Position numbers and translations under genes: made by a program. Shown here one piece after another: positions 1-8,602 of a stretch of DNA of 45,808 nucleotides. The notes under the pieces were generated by a model, which worked only from the letters and a program-made list of their open reading frames with translations, was not told the DNA's origin and did no database searches. The DNA comes from Candidatus Paceibacter sp. (GTDB lineage Bacteria; Patescibacteriota; Patescibacteriia; SG8-24; DYFX01), in assembly GCA_020724945.1 (NCBI GenBank), contig DYFX01000002.1, positions 1 to 45,808 of the forward strand, in the 5' to 3' direction. Position 1 is the first letter of the stretch. Every line of letters begins with the position of its first letter.

Positions 1-893
1 CACGCCACGCCGTCGAGCTCCTTCGCGACGGCGGCGGCGAGCGACTCGCGCAGCAGGCGGTTGGCCGCGACGCCGCCGGCCAGGAAGACGGTCTTGGCCT
101 TCTTGGCGCGCGCGGCGCGGATCGTCTTCGCGACGAGCGTCTCGACGGCGGCGGCCTGGAAGGAGGCGCAGAGGTCGTTCACTTCCCGCGCGTTCCACGC
201 CTTCTTGCGCTGGAGCGTGTAGAGCACGGCGGTCTTGAGGCCGGAGAAGCTGAAATCGAAATGCGGCTTGTTCAGGAGCGGGCGCGGGAAGGCGAACTTC
301 GCGGGATCCCCTTCGAGCGCGCGCTTGGCGACGGCCGGACCGCCCGGATACTCGAGACCGAGCATCTTCGCGACCTTGTCGAAGGCTTCGCCCGCGGCGT
401 CGTCGAGCGTGCAGCCGACGAGCTCGTACTTGCCGAAGCCCTTCATCAGGATGAGTTCGGTGTGGCCGCCGGAGACGACGAGGATGAGGGCGGGCAGCTT
501 GTAGGCGGCGGCGTCCTTCGAGACATCCTTGCCGATCCAGTTGGCGGCGATGTGGCCCTCGATGTGGTTCACGCCGACGATGGGGAGGTCCCAGCCGTAG
601 GCGAGCGCGCGCGCGAAATCCGTGCCGACGCGGAGCGAGGTGATGAGGCCCGGGCCGCGCGTGACGGCGATGCCGTCGAGATCCTTCGCGCCGACGCCGA
701 GTTCGTCGATGAGGAGCGGGAGCGTCTCGGCGTGCAGGCGCGCGGCGACTTCCGGCACCACGCCGCCGTATGCGGCGTGCTTCAGGACCTGCGTGGCCGT
801 GAGATGCTTCTCGATGCGCGAAATCCCCCGCTCCACGCGGAGCAGGGCGACGGAGGTCTCGTCGCAGGATGTCTCGATGCCGAGGATGCGCAT
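1..893 (-). CDS. tsaD: tRNA N6-adenosine threonylcarbamoyltransferase TsaD (Kae1/Gcp family), C-terminus cut by window edge
   Basis: Absent from the ORF track because it runs off the window. My reverse-strand translation from ATG (cat at 891-893) reads MRILGIETSCDETSVALL...GGVVPEVAARLH...TRGPGLITSLRVG...VGVNHIEGH. This is the canonical TsaD N-terminus plus the HxEGH metal motif. Confidence 0.9.
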   Translation of the reverse strand, partial: MRILGIETSCDETSVALLRVERGISRIEKHLTATQVLKHAAYGGVVPEVAARLHAETLPLLIDELGVGAKDLDGIAVTRGPGLITSLRVGTDFARALAYGWDLPIVGVNHIEGHIAANWIGKDVSKDAAAYKLPALILVVSGGHTELILMKGFGKYELVGCTLDDAAGEAFDKVAKMLGLEYPGGPAVAKRALEGDPAKFAFPRPLLNKPHFDFSFSGLKTAVLYTLQRKKAWNAREVNDLCASFQAAAVETLVAKTIRAARAKKAKTVFLAGGVAANRLLRESLAAAVAKELDGVA

Positions 894-956
894 ATTGACG
901 CGGTCGAGAGGGAATGCTACAACGGATTGTCGCACATTTCAAGAAAGGAGGCGACG

Positions 957-1478
957 ATGGCCGGACGCCCCGCCGACGGCGGTTTCACGGAGTTCTACCA
1001 CGCCTATCTGCCGAAGCTCACGAGCCTCGCCAAACGCTTCCTCCGGGGAGATGCGGACGAGGTCGAAGACCTGCTCCAGGATGTCTGGATCAAGGGCGCC
1101 CGAGCCTGGCCGCCGCGCGAGATCCGGTTCGCCGGATCCTGGCTCGGGGCCATCCTCGTCAACGAGGCGATCGGCCGCAAGCGCCGCGCCAAGCGCAGGC
1201 CGATCGCGATGTCCGATCCCGAGCGCGCCGCCGAACCGATCTGCGCCGCGCCGCTCTCCGACGAGGCCGTGCTCCGGCGGCAGGTGCACGAAGCGATCGC
1301 GCACCTCGAGACGCGCGCGCCCGGACAGGTCGCCGTCCTGCGCCTCGTCTGCATCGAAGGCCGCACCTACTCCGAGGCCGGCCGGGAGCTCGGCATCGCC
1401 GAAGGCACCGCCAAGAGCCAGACCTTCAAGGCCATCGCCCAGCTCCGCCAGTCCCTCACCGCCCCCAAGGCCGCGTGA
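957..1478 (+). CDS. ECF-type RNA polymerase sigma-70 family factor
   Basis: C-terminal part of track ORF 261..1478. In-frame ATG at 957 is preceded by AAGGAGG (944-950). Region-2-like DLLQDVWIKG and a region-4 HTH (RTYSEAGRELGIAEGTAKSQTFKAIAQLR) are present. The upstream part of the track ORF is antisense to tsaD. Confidence 0.85.
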   Translation: MAGRPADGGFTEFYHAYLPKLTSLAKRFLRGDADEVEDLLQDVWIKGARAWPPREIRFAGSWLGAILVNEAIGRKRRAKRRPIAMSDPERAAEPICAAPLSDEAVLRRQVHEAIAHLETRAPGQVAVLRLVCIEGRTYSEAGRELGIAEGTAKSQTFKAIAQLRQSLTAPKAA

Positions 1479-1495
1479 GGTTTTTTTCATGGATG

Positions 1496-1519
1496 AAAAA
1501 ACGGCCGTCAGCGACGGCC
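1496..1519 (-). terminator. Intrinsic terminator for the metalloprotease gene
   Basis: Stem ggccgtc/gacggcc (1503-1509/1513-1519), followed on the minus strand by a T-run (A-run 1496-1501 on plus). Confidence 0.6.
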
Positions 1520-2278
1520 GGCGAGATACGGATCTTCGGAATTTCGTGCGGCGTTCCGGAGCGATGCCGGGTAACGGCCATTGAGGTCGGCGACGGCGTC
1601 GGCGACGGCGTCGTCGTGGCGCTGCTGTCCGAGGTTCAGGACGAACTGTTCCGTCGGACCCCAGGTGGTAGCATTACGATCCATGATGCAGCGGCCTTCG
1701 CCGGGCGGGCGGTCTGGGCACGGTGCGCCGAGGTCGGCCCCGCAATAGTGATGCCCGATACCGAGAAGATGCGCGAACTCGTGGAGGAAGATGCCTTCCC
1801 AGACGAGGTAGACGGTGTCGCCGTCCGCGTACGAAGTGCCGTCGTGGCCGAGGACCGCGAAGAACTCGGCTTCGTCGTCGTCCAGCGAGAACGAGAAGTC
1901 CCAGCCGGGATACGCGAGCTCGGCCATCCGTTCGAGCGCCCGCATGTGCTCGTCCTCGCTCGTCCAGGGCGGGTCGTAGGCGATGGGCGCGGCGTAGCGG
2001 ACCTCGAAGCGGATGCGGCGGTCGGTGCGCGCGCGGACATAGGCTTCGCGGTAGCGGTCCTTGTGGACCAGCATCCACTGCCACCAATCGCCGGACATGC
2101 CGTTGTCGCCGGCGAAGTCCCAGACGGCGGCGTTGTAGCCGCGCCAGATCTCGTACGCGGGATCGGGCGGTTCTGCGGGACACGCGGCGTCGGGCGGCAT
2201 GTCCATCTCGGGAGCGCCGGGGCACGACGAGACGAACGCGAGGCCCACAAGGACCGGGATCAGGATGCGAAAGGTCAT
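1508..2278 (-). CDS. Zinc metalloprotease lipoprotein, metzincin-type HExxHxxGxxH
   Basis: Track ORF 1508..2323. I prefer the start at MTFRILIPVLVGLAFVSSC (ATG at 2278, GGAGG upstream), which gives a signal peptide plus lipobox. Motif HEFAHLLGIGH is present. Confidence 0.75.
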   Translation of the reverse strand: MTFRILIPVLVGLAFVSSCPGAPEMDMPPDAACPAEPPDPAYEIWRGYNAAVWDFAGDNGMSGDWWQWMLVHKDRYREAYVRARTDRRIRFEVRYAAPIAYDPPWTSEDEHMRALERMAELAYPGWDFSFSLDDDEAEFFAVLGHDGTSYADGDTVYLVWEGIFLHEFAHLLGIGHHYCGADLGAPCPDRPPGEGRCIMDRNATTWGPTEQFVLNLGQQRHDDAVADAVADLNGRYPASLRNAARNSEDPYLAGRR

Positions 2279-2325
2279 ACGGCCTCCTCGCCCCCACCCT
2301 AGCGCACGCGGCCGGACCGTCAAGC

Positions 2326-2354
2326 TTGACGCTTCCCGGTTTTTCCATTAGATT
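2326..2354 (+). promoter_or_regulatory. Sigma-70-like promoter driving the tRNA-Glu transcript
   Basis: TTGACG (2326-2331), 17-nt spacer, TAGATT (2349-2354). Confidence 0.55.
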
Positions 2355-2509
2355 ATGCTTGTTCAAAGGACCCGTTTCGCGCGACCGCGCGAAACACCCT
2401 GAACCGCCATCAAGGCTGGGCCTGCCCAGCCGCGAAGAAGGAGCGACTGACACGCGACAGGGAGCACAGGCTCAGCCTGTGCGAGCGACAGCGTGTCAGG
2501 TAGCGACGC

Positions 2510-2584
2510 GGCCTCATCGTCTAACGGCTAGGACAGCTCCCTTTCACGGAGCAGATAGGGGTTCGATTCCCCTTGGGGCTACCA
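2510..2584 (+). tRNA. tRNA-Glu (anticodon UUC)
   Basis: Manual cloverleaf: acceptor GGCCTCA/TGGGGCT (with G1.U72 and U5.G68 wobbles); D arm GTCTAACGGCTAGGAC; anticodon stem GCTCC/GGAGC with loop CTTTCAC; T arm AGGGG-TTCGATT-CCCCT; encoded CCA. Confidence 0.85.
2562..2584 (+). repeat. Direct repeat copy 1 (tRNA-Glu 3' end; att-like)
   Basis: ttcgattccccttggggctacca is identical to 10209-10231. Its last 9-10 nt recur at 17096-17105. Confidence 0.9.
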
Positions 2585-2586
2585 TG

Positions 2587-2615
2587 AAAAACTCCCGTTA
2601 ACGCGGGAGTTTTTC
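2587..2615 (+). terminator. Intrinsic terminator after tRNA-Glu
   Basis: Stem actcccg/cgggagt followed by TTTTT (2610-2614). Confidence 0.7.
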
Positions 2616-2630
2616 GTTCGCATGAGTGGC

Positions 2631-2676
2631 GCTGGGTGCCTGCTGGCTGACTTTCTTGGACAGCAGGCTCCCAGCG
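2631..2676. repeat. Palindromic (REP-like) element; its right arm is the left copy of a 24-bp inverted repeat
   Basis: gctgggtgcctgctg (2631-2645) pairs with cagcaggctcccagc (2661-2675), 15 bp with 1 mismatch. Segment 2653-2676 is the reverse complement of 10066-10089 (23/24). Confidence 0.85.
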
Positions 2677-2719
2677 TAGGGTGACGATTCGGCGTTCACT
2701 ATCATCGATACTGCCTTAT

Positions 2720-3718
2720 TCAGCGGCCTCTCCCCAAGGGGAAAGTCGCACTCACGCCAGCGGCCTTTCCGGATATGTTCATTGTCAGAGCGCCCAGTCC
2801 CGCTCCTGCAATGACCCCGCCCACTGCTGCGGCGACGACGGCCGTGGCGGCAGCCTCGACGCCATAGGAAAATTCCGGCGGAACGAATGCGCGTCCGGCG
2901 CCGTACAGGATCGCTGACCACACGAAGCCCGCCAACGCGCCTTTTAGCCAAGCGGGCCATCGGCTCGTCATGTCCACCGCGAGTGCGGCAGCCATGACCG
3001 AGAAAACGACGAGCCAGCCCGGCGGGTGCGGATGGGGCGGAACGAGCGATGCGTTCCCGAACTGCTCGCCGAAGGTCATGGCTTGCAGCAGGAGCGAGGC
3101 GGCGGCGATCGTCATGGCGGCTCCGGGGCCCGGCATCATCCGGATCCCGACCAGGAGAATGAGCGCGAATGCCGCAGCCTGCGGAGCGGTTCCCCAAAAC
3201 CCAAGCATGTGCCACGGACCGGTCGGCAGGAAGGGCGCCAAGGGGAACATCGCCAGCTCAAGCGCGGCGGCGAGTCCCATCCCCATGAACAGGTGCTTCG
3301 AGACAGGGTCAGGATCCCGGGCAAGGATCGGAAGAAGCATCAGGAGTCCGCCCAGGAGCGCGCCGATCAGGACGAGATGCGGCGGACTCCAGACGATGAT
3401 GGGGCTGCCGATCGATTCGACTCCGAAGGCGCGGTGCCAAAGCTCGTCGAATGGCGCGGAAGCCGGAACAAGAAGCAGCACGATCGCGAGCCTCTTCCAT
3501 AAGGAAGACCGATGCTGCCACCAGCCGATGACGGCGCCGAGCACCGCCGTCATCGTCGAGGCGTACAGGAGGATGTGAGGCGGGGACCAGAAACTCTCTC
3601 GTCCGATGACGCCGTGCCACCAGGCGTCCCAAGCTCCGGCCATGACGGATACGAACAACGCACCCGTCACGAGTCGGGCCAACAGATGCTCAGCACGCAA
3701 GCGCGATAAGACGCCCAT
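2720..3718 (-). CDS. Polytopic membrane protein of unknown function with repeated W-H ... S-P-P-H motifs
   Basis: 332-aa ORF, hydrophobic throughout. Internal repeat AWDAWWHGVIGRESFWSPPH / FDELWHRAFGVESIG..WSPPH. It is the last gene of the efflux operon, 22 nt after the RND gene. Confidence 0.7.
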   Translation of the reverse strand: MGVLSRLRAEHLLARLVTGALFVSVMAGAWDAWWHGVIGRESFWSPPHILLYASTMTAVLGAVIGWWQHRSSLWKRLAIVLLLVPASAPFDELWHRAFGVESIGSPIIVWSPPHLVLIGALLGGLLMLLPILARDPDPVSKHLFMGMGLAAALELAMFPLAPFLPTGPWHMLGFWGTAPQAAAFALILLVGIRMMPGPGAAMTIAAASLLLQAMTFGEQFGNASLVPPHPHPPGWLVVFSVMAAALAVDMTSRWPAWLKGALAGFVWSAILYGAGRAFVPPEFSYGVEAAATAVVAAAVGGVIAGAGLGALTMNISGKAAGVSATFPLGRGR

Positions 3719-3740
3719 ACGTCATTGGTTACTGCTTCCA

Positions 3741-6700
3741 TTAGACATCCACCGGACCGGACGCGGCAAGAGCCGCCTTCCTCCCGAACCGATAGAACAA
3801 GGCCGGCGTCATGAAGAGCGAGATGAGCGTCGAGGACGTCAGGCCGCCGAAGATGACCACCGCGAGCGGGTGCAGCATCTCCTTTCCGGGCGCGTCGCCG
3901 GCGAGCAGGAGCGGGACGAGCGCGAGCGAGGCCGTCAGCGCCGTCATCAATACGGGAACGACGCGGTCGAGCGTCGCTTTGAGCACGGTGTCCGGCGCGA
4001 ACGGCAGCCCTTCCTTGCGGACGAGGTTCAACGAGTGGCTGATGAGCATGATGCCGTTCCGCGAGACGATGCCGGCCAGCGAGACGAACCCTACGAGATG
4101 CGCCAGGCTGACCACGCCGCCGGTCAGCCAGATGCCGATCATGCCCCCGATGAAGGCCGTGGGGACGTTCAGCATGATCTGGAGGACGGTCGGCGTCGAA
4201 CGGAAGCCGTGATACAGGACCAGGAAGATCAAGAGGAGTCCTGCCAAGAAAAGTCCCGCCAAACGGCGGCTGTTCTCTTTCTGGCTCTTGTACGTCCCCT
4301 CGAACGAGGCGGCCACGCCTTCAGGCAGTCGGCCCTTCGTCTCGATCGTACGGCGGACGGACTCCACGGCCCCGACGATATCGCGGCCCTGGTAGTTCGC
4401 GCTGACGACCAGCACGCGGCGGCCTCCCTCATGGCTCAAGCGGTTGCGACCCGATTCAAGCCGCACGTCCGCGACGTTTCCGAGCGCATCCGCGCCCTCG
4501 AACGGCAGGGATAGGTCCCGCAAGGCCTGGGCGTTTCCACGCGACATGAGGTCGTATCTCGCGACGACGTCGACGCGGGCGCTGCCGAGCTGTACCTGAC
4601 CGACCGGCGCTCCCAGGAGTCCCATTTCGAGTTCCTCGGCGACTTCTCCGCTCGAAAGGCCGAGGTCGGCCAGACGGTTGCGATCGGGATAGATGCGGAA
4701 TTCCGGCACGAGCACCTCGCGCTGGATCTGGGCGTTCTTCACGCCATCGCGTTTGGCCAACTCGTCCCTGACGGCGCTCGCCGCCTGTCGGAGCGCAGGA
4801 AGGTCATCGCCGAAGAGCTTGACGACGATCGGCGCGCGGATGCCGGAGAGCAACTCTTCCAGCTTGTGGGTGATGGGCTGACCGAGGCTGAAATCCGCTT
4901 CGGTGAAGGCGTCCAGGACGCGCTGGATCTCGCCGAACAGCCGTTCGCGCTCTTTTTCGAGACCCGGTTCGAAGGCGACCTGGATCTCGCTCGAGTTCGC
5001 CCCGCTGTCGTGCGCGTCCGCGCCGGCGCGGCCGGTCGAGTGACTCGCCCGCCGAACGCCTGGGACCTTCCGAATCGCCTCTTCCACCTTCGAGGCATAC
5101 GCGTTCGAGGTCTCGACGTCCGTGCCGACTGGCATGACCGCGCTGATCGTGACCGATCCTTCGTTGAAGGGCGGGACGCCCTCCTTGCCGGCGACGGCAT
5201 ACAAACCGGCGGCCGCGACGATCGTCAGGGCGACGGCGGCCATGAGCGGTTTCGGATTGGCGATGCTCCATCGGATCGGCGGCGTCATCTTCCGCTTCAG
5301 CCAGCACACAAAACGCGTCTCTTCTTCGTGACTCTTGGTGTTCGGCTTGGTCAGGAGGATGGCGCACAGCGCCGGTGTCAGCGTCAGCGACACCACCATC
5401 GAAGCGACGAGTGAGACGAGGTAGGCCAAGCCGAGAGGCGCCAGCAGTTTTCCCTCGACGCCGGGGATGAAGAACATCGGCAGGAAGACGATGGCCACGA
5501 CGACGGTGGCGTAGACGATCGAGTTCCGCACCTCGCTCGAAGCGCGGAAGATGATCTCGTCGGGCGATTCTTTCATGCCGCCCTGACGCCATTCCCGCAG
5601 ACGGCGGAAGACGTTCTCGACGTCGACGATCGCGTCATCGACAAGCTCGCCGATCGCGACGGCCAGGCCACCCAGCGTCATGACGTTGACGGACAAGTCC
5701 ATCGCCCGGAAGACGATGGCCGTCACCAGGAGGCTGAGCGGGATCGCCGTGAGCGTGATGATCGTCGTCCTCACGTTCATCAGGAAAAGGATCAGGATGA
5801 CGATGACGAGCAAGATGCCGATGAGGAGCGCCTCGATCACGTTATCCAGGCCCGCTTCGATGAACCATTCCTGACGGAAGAGATCGTTCTTGAGCTCGGT
5901 GCCGGCGGGCAAGCTGGCGTGAAGCGATTCGAGCGCTTCGTCGACCGCCTCGGTCACCGCCAGCGTTTCCGCGTCCGGCTGCTTCACGATGCGCATGATG
6001 ACGCCGGGCTTGCCGTCGATCGTCGCCGAACCGCGAACCGGGCTGGGCCCTTCGATGAGGGCTGCGACGTCGCCCAAACGGATCGGCTGGCCGTCGAAGC
6101 TGCCGATACCAAGCTGTTCAAGTTCGCTCACTTCCGATGGGGCGAGCATGATGCGGATCGGGTATTCTTTCCGATTCTGGACGAGAATGCCGCCTCCGCG
6201 GTTCTTGAGCGACCCCTCGACCTGCGTGACGATGTCCTCGATGCGCAGATCGAATCTGCGCATCCTCTCGGCGTTCATGCTGATCTGCCATTCGCGCACG
6301 TCGCCGCCCATGACGATGACGTCGGAGACGCCCGGCACGCGCAAGAGGGCGGGCCGGATCGTCCAATCCGCGACAGTACGAAGGCGCATCCCGTCGATCG
6401 ACGGGTCGGTGGCCGTGAGGCCGGCCCACATGATCTCGCCCATGATCGAGGCGACGGGACCGAGCACCGGCTTCACGTCTTCCGGAAGGTCGAGCTGGGC
6501 CAGGCGCTCCTGGATGATCTGTCGGTTGCGATAGAGATCCGAGCCCCATTTGAATTCCGCCTGGACGATGGCCAGACCGAACGAGGCCGTGCCTCGCACG
6601 CGTTCGACGCCGGGCGCGCCGGCGACGGCCGCCTCAATCGGCGTCAGGATCAGGCGCTCGATCTCCTCGGGCGCGAGGCCTTCTCCTTCCGCGAAGACGG

Positions 6701-6842
6701 CCACGGTCGGCTTGTTGACGTCGGGCAAGACGTCGACTTTCATGCCCGCAAGGCTCCAAACGCCGAGGACGGCAATCAGGAGCGAAAGCGTCAAGGTGGC
6801 GATCCTGTGGCGGATCGCCCAGATGATGATCTTGTTGAGCAT
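3741..6842 (-). CDS. Heavy-metal efflux RND transporter (CusA/CzcA family)
   Basis: 1033 aa. N-terminus MLNKIIIWAIRHR...VDVLPDVNKPTV and TM4 motif AIGELVDDAIVDVEN are typical of HME-RND pumps. Length and 12-TM layout fit. Confidence 0.9.
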   Translation of the reverse strand: MLNKIIIWAIRHRIATLTLSLLIAVLGVWSLAGMKVDVLPDVNKPTVAVFAEGEGLAPEEIERLILTPIEAAVAGAPGVERVRGTASFGLAIVQAEFKWGSDLYRNRQIIQERLAQLDLPEDVKPVLGPVASIMGEIMWAGLTATDPSIDGMRLRTVADWTIRPALLRVPGVSDVIVMGGDVREWQISMNAERMRRFDLRIEDIVTQVEGSLKNRGGGILVQNRKEYPIRIMLAPSEVSELEQLGIGSFDGQPIRLGDVAALIEGPSPVRGSATIDGKPGVIMRIVKQPDAETLAVTEAVDEALESLHASLPAGTELKNDLFRQEWFIEAGLDNVIEALLIGILLVIVILILFLMNVRTTIITLTAIPLSLLVTAIVFRAMDLSVNVMTLGGLAVAIGELVDDAIVDVENVFRRLREWRQGGMKESPDEIIFRASSEVRNSIVYATVVVAIVFLPMFFIPGVEGKLLAPLGLAYLVSLVASMVVSLTLTPALCAILLTKPNTKSHEEETRFVCWLKRKMTPPIRWSIANPKPLMAAVALTIVAAAGLYAVAGKEGVPPFNEGSVTISAVMPVGTDVETSNAYASKVEEAIRKVPGVRRASHSTGRAGADAHDSGANSSEIQVAFEPGLEKERERLFGEIQRVLDAFTEADFSLGQPITHKLEELLSGIRAPIVVKLFGDDLPALRQAASAVRDELAKRDGVKNAQIQREVLVPEFRIYPDRNRLADLGLSSGEVAEELEMGLLGAPVGQVQLGSARVDVVARYDLMSRGNAQALRDLSLPFEGADALGNVADVRLESGRNRLSHEGGRRVLVVSANYQGRDIVGAVESVRRTIETKGRLPEGVAASFEGTYKSQKENSRRLAGLFLAGLLLIFLVLYHGFRSTPTVLQIMLNVPTAFIGGMIGIWLTGGVVSLAHLVGFVSLAGIVSRNGIMLISHSLNLVRKEGLPFAPDTVLKATLDRVVPVLMTALTASLALVPLLLAGDAPGKEMLHPLAVVIFGGLTSSTLISLFMTPALFYRFGRKAALAASGPVDV

Positions 6843-6853
6843 ACGGTCATCGG

Positions 6854-8593
6854 CTATTCGCCGTGCGAGTGACCGTGACCGTCTCCGCCTTCCGCAGGCT
6901 CCCCCGTCTTCTCCGCTCCGCCCGCAGGAGCGTTGACGGATTGCCCGGTCTTCAAGCCTCCCGCGGCGGTCGCGACGTAGCGGTCCCCGTTCTGGAGCCC
7001 TTCAAGCGCTTCGATGCGGTCGCCGACGGTCCGACCGATGAGGATGGGCTGGGGGCGGATCACGCCGTTCTCCATGACGAGCCAGACGTTTGCCGTGCCT
7101 TGATCATCCTTCCACACGGCTCCCAGGGGGACGAGGACGGACGTCGAGCCGACGGCGTCGGGCACGACGCGCACGGACGCATGGACCGGCCAGTCGGTCG
7201 GGAACAGGAATTCGGCGTCTGCGGCGTACGAACCGTTCTCATCGAGCGCCGTGCCGACGCCGACGACCTTCGCTTTGACGCCCGCGAAGGAACGTCCGGG
7301 ACGCTCGATCGTGACCAAGTCGCCGACCGAAGGAGGCGTCAGGTCGCTCGGGATCCTGAAGCGCACGAATGCCTGGGCATCGCCTGCCGCGCCGATCGCG
7401 GCGAGGAGATCCTCCGGCGTCACGTGATCGCCGACGTTCTTGTGGATCGCCGAGACGATTCCCGAGCGCGGCGCGATGATGTTCTGGCCGGCCACCCCGG
7501 AGACGATGGCTCCGTAGGCCGCCTCCGCGCCCTCGACGTCCGCTCGGGCTTCGGCCAGATCGCGTTCGAGTTCAGCGATTTTCGCGTCGATCTCCGATTT
7601 CTGCACGGCGATCTCCTTGTCAGTCTCGACCGCAATCTTCGGCAGTTCGGAAGCCTTCGATTTCCCGGCCGCGACGGCAGCATGGTATTCGTCGAGCGCG
7701 TCCAGGAACGCTTCCTGATCCTCAATGGCATCATTACGAAGATCGGACAGGCTCTCTTCGGTCATGTCTCCGATCGCGGCGCTGTTCGACAAGAGGCCTT
7801 GCAGGGCTTTCGCGTAGGACATGCCTTCTTTTTCCGGGATCGCGGCTGGATCCCTGAGCGCGTCCAGCAGCGCGGTCAAGTCGCTGCGATACCCGTTCTG
7901 CGCGGACTCGCTATAGATGCCGATGCCCCATTTGAACTGGAGCGTGGCTACAGCCTGCCCGTTGCTCGGACTCGTCCCGTTGCGCGAAAGGAGGCCCGGC
8001 GTCCGATACGCGAGCCGCTCAAGGGAGGAATGCAAGGCCTGGCGTTTCAGGGGGACGACCGCCGCCGCCTGCTCGGCTTCTATGGCCGATGTCGCGATGG
8101 AAGCATCACGCGAATTCTCGAAGGTCGCCTTGAGCTGTGCCAGACGGGCCGTCGACTCGCGGACGAGTTTTTCCGCCGCCTCCGCCGCAGCGCGCGCTTT
8201 GACGAGCGCCTGCGCCCTTTCGGCGAGCGCGCTCGCCAATTCAAGATTCGCCGGCGGCGCCGCAAGGCGACCGAGCACTTGTCCAGCGTAGACGCGTTGA
8301 CCGAGCCTGACGCGCCATTCGGAGATCTGCCCCTCGCGCGAGGGGTGGACCGAGACGTCCGAGAGGGAGAGGATCTCTCCGGACCAGGAGGCATTCGAAC
8401 CGGCCAGGATCCCCAGCCCGCCGTCGGAAGCCGTCTCCACCGGCACGCTCGTCGCCGTCGCGACGGCCTCCGTTTCCGAATGGCCGGCGGCTTCTTCATG
8501 TCCTGGTCCCGCGAAGGCCGAGCGCAAAGCCACGCCCCCAAGGATGACCGCCAGCCCGATGCCGGCGGCCATCACCTTATGTTTGAGATGCAT
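6854..8593 (-). CDS. Efflux RND periplasmic adaptor (HlyD/MFP family) with long helical insert and His-rich C-terminal tail
   Basis: 579 aa. Lipoyl-like segment VHPSREGQISEWRVRLGQRVYAGQVLGRL. C-terminus EGGDGHGHSHGE. Lies directly upstream of the RND gene. Confidence 0.8.
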   Translation of the reverse strand: MHLKHKVMAAGIGLAVILGGVALRSAFAGPGHEEAAGHSETEAVATATSVPVETASDGGLGILAGSNASWSGEILSLSDVSVHPSREGQISEWRVRLGQRVYAGQVLGRLAAPPANLELASALAERAQALVKARAAAEAAEKLVRESTARLAQLKATFENSRDASIATSAIEAEQAAAVVPLKRQALHSSLERLAYRTPGLLSRNGTSPSNGQAVATLQFKWGIGIYSESAQNGYRSDLTALLDALRDPAAIPEKEGMSYAKALQGLLSNSAAIGDMTEESLSDLRNDAIEDQEAFLDALDEYHAAVAAGKSKASELPKIAVETDKEIAVQKSEIDAKIAELERDLAEARADVEGAEAAYGAIVSGVAGQNIIAPRSGIVSAIHKNVGDHVTPEDLLAAIGAAGDAQAFVRFRIPSDLTPPSVGDLVTIERPGRSFAGVKAKVVGVGTALDENGSYAADAEFLFPTDWPVHASVRVVPDAVGSTSVLVPLGAVWKDDQGTANVWLVMENGVIRPQPILIGRTVGDRIEALEGLQNGDRYVATAAGGLKTGQSVNAPAGGAEKTGEPAEGGDGHGHSHGE

Positions 8594-8602
8594 AATGGAC
8601 GA

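Noticed and set aside
261-1478. Track ORF read as a single 405-aa protein.
   Set aside because: The first 232 codons are antisense to tsaD. Only the segment from the ATG at 957 (with an SD) looks like a sigma factor.
2361-2509. Identity of the tRNA leader as SRP (4.5S), 6S or tmRNA.
   Set aside because: I could not find the SRP domain IV GGAA/AGCA motifs, a 6S central bubble layout or a tmRNA tag ORF/tRNA-like end. It is left as an unassigned structured leader.
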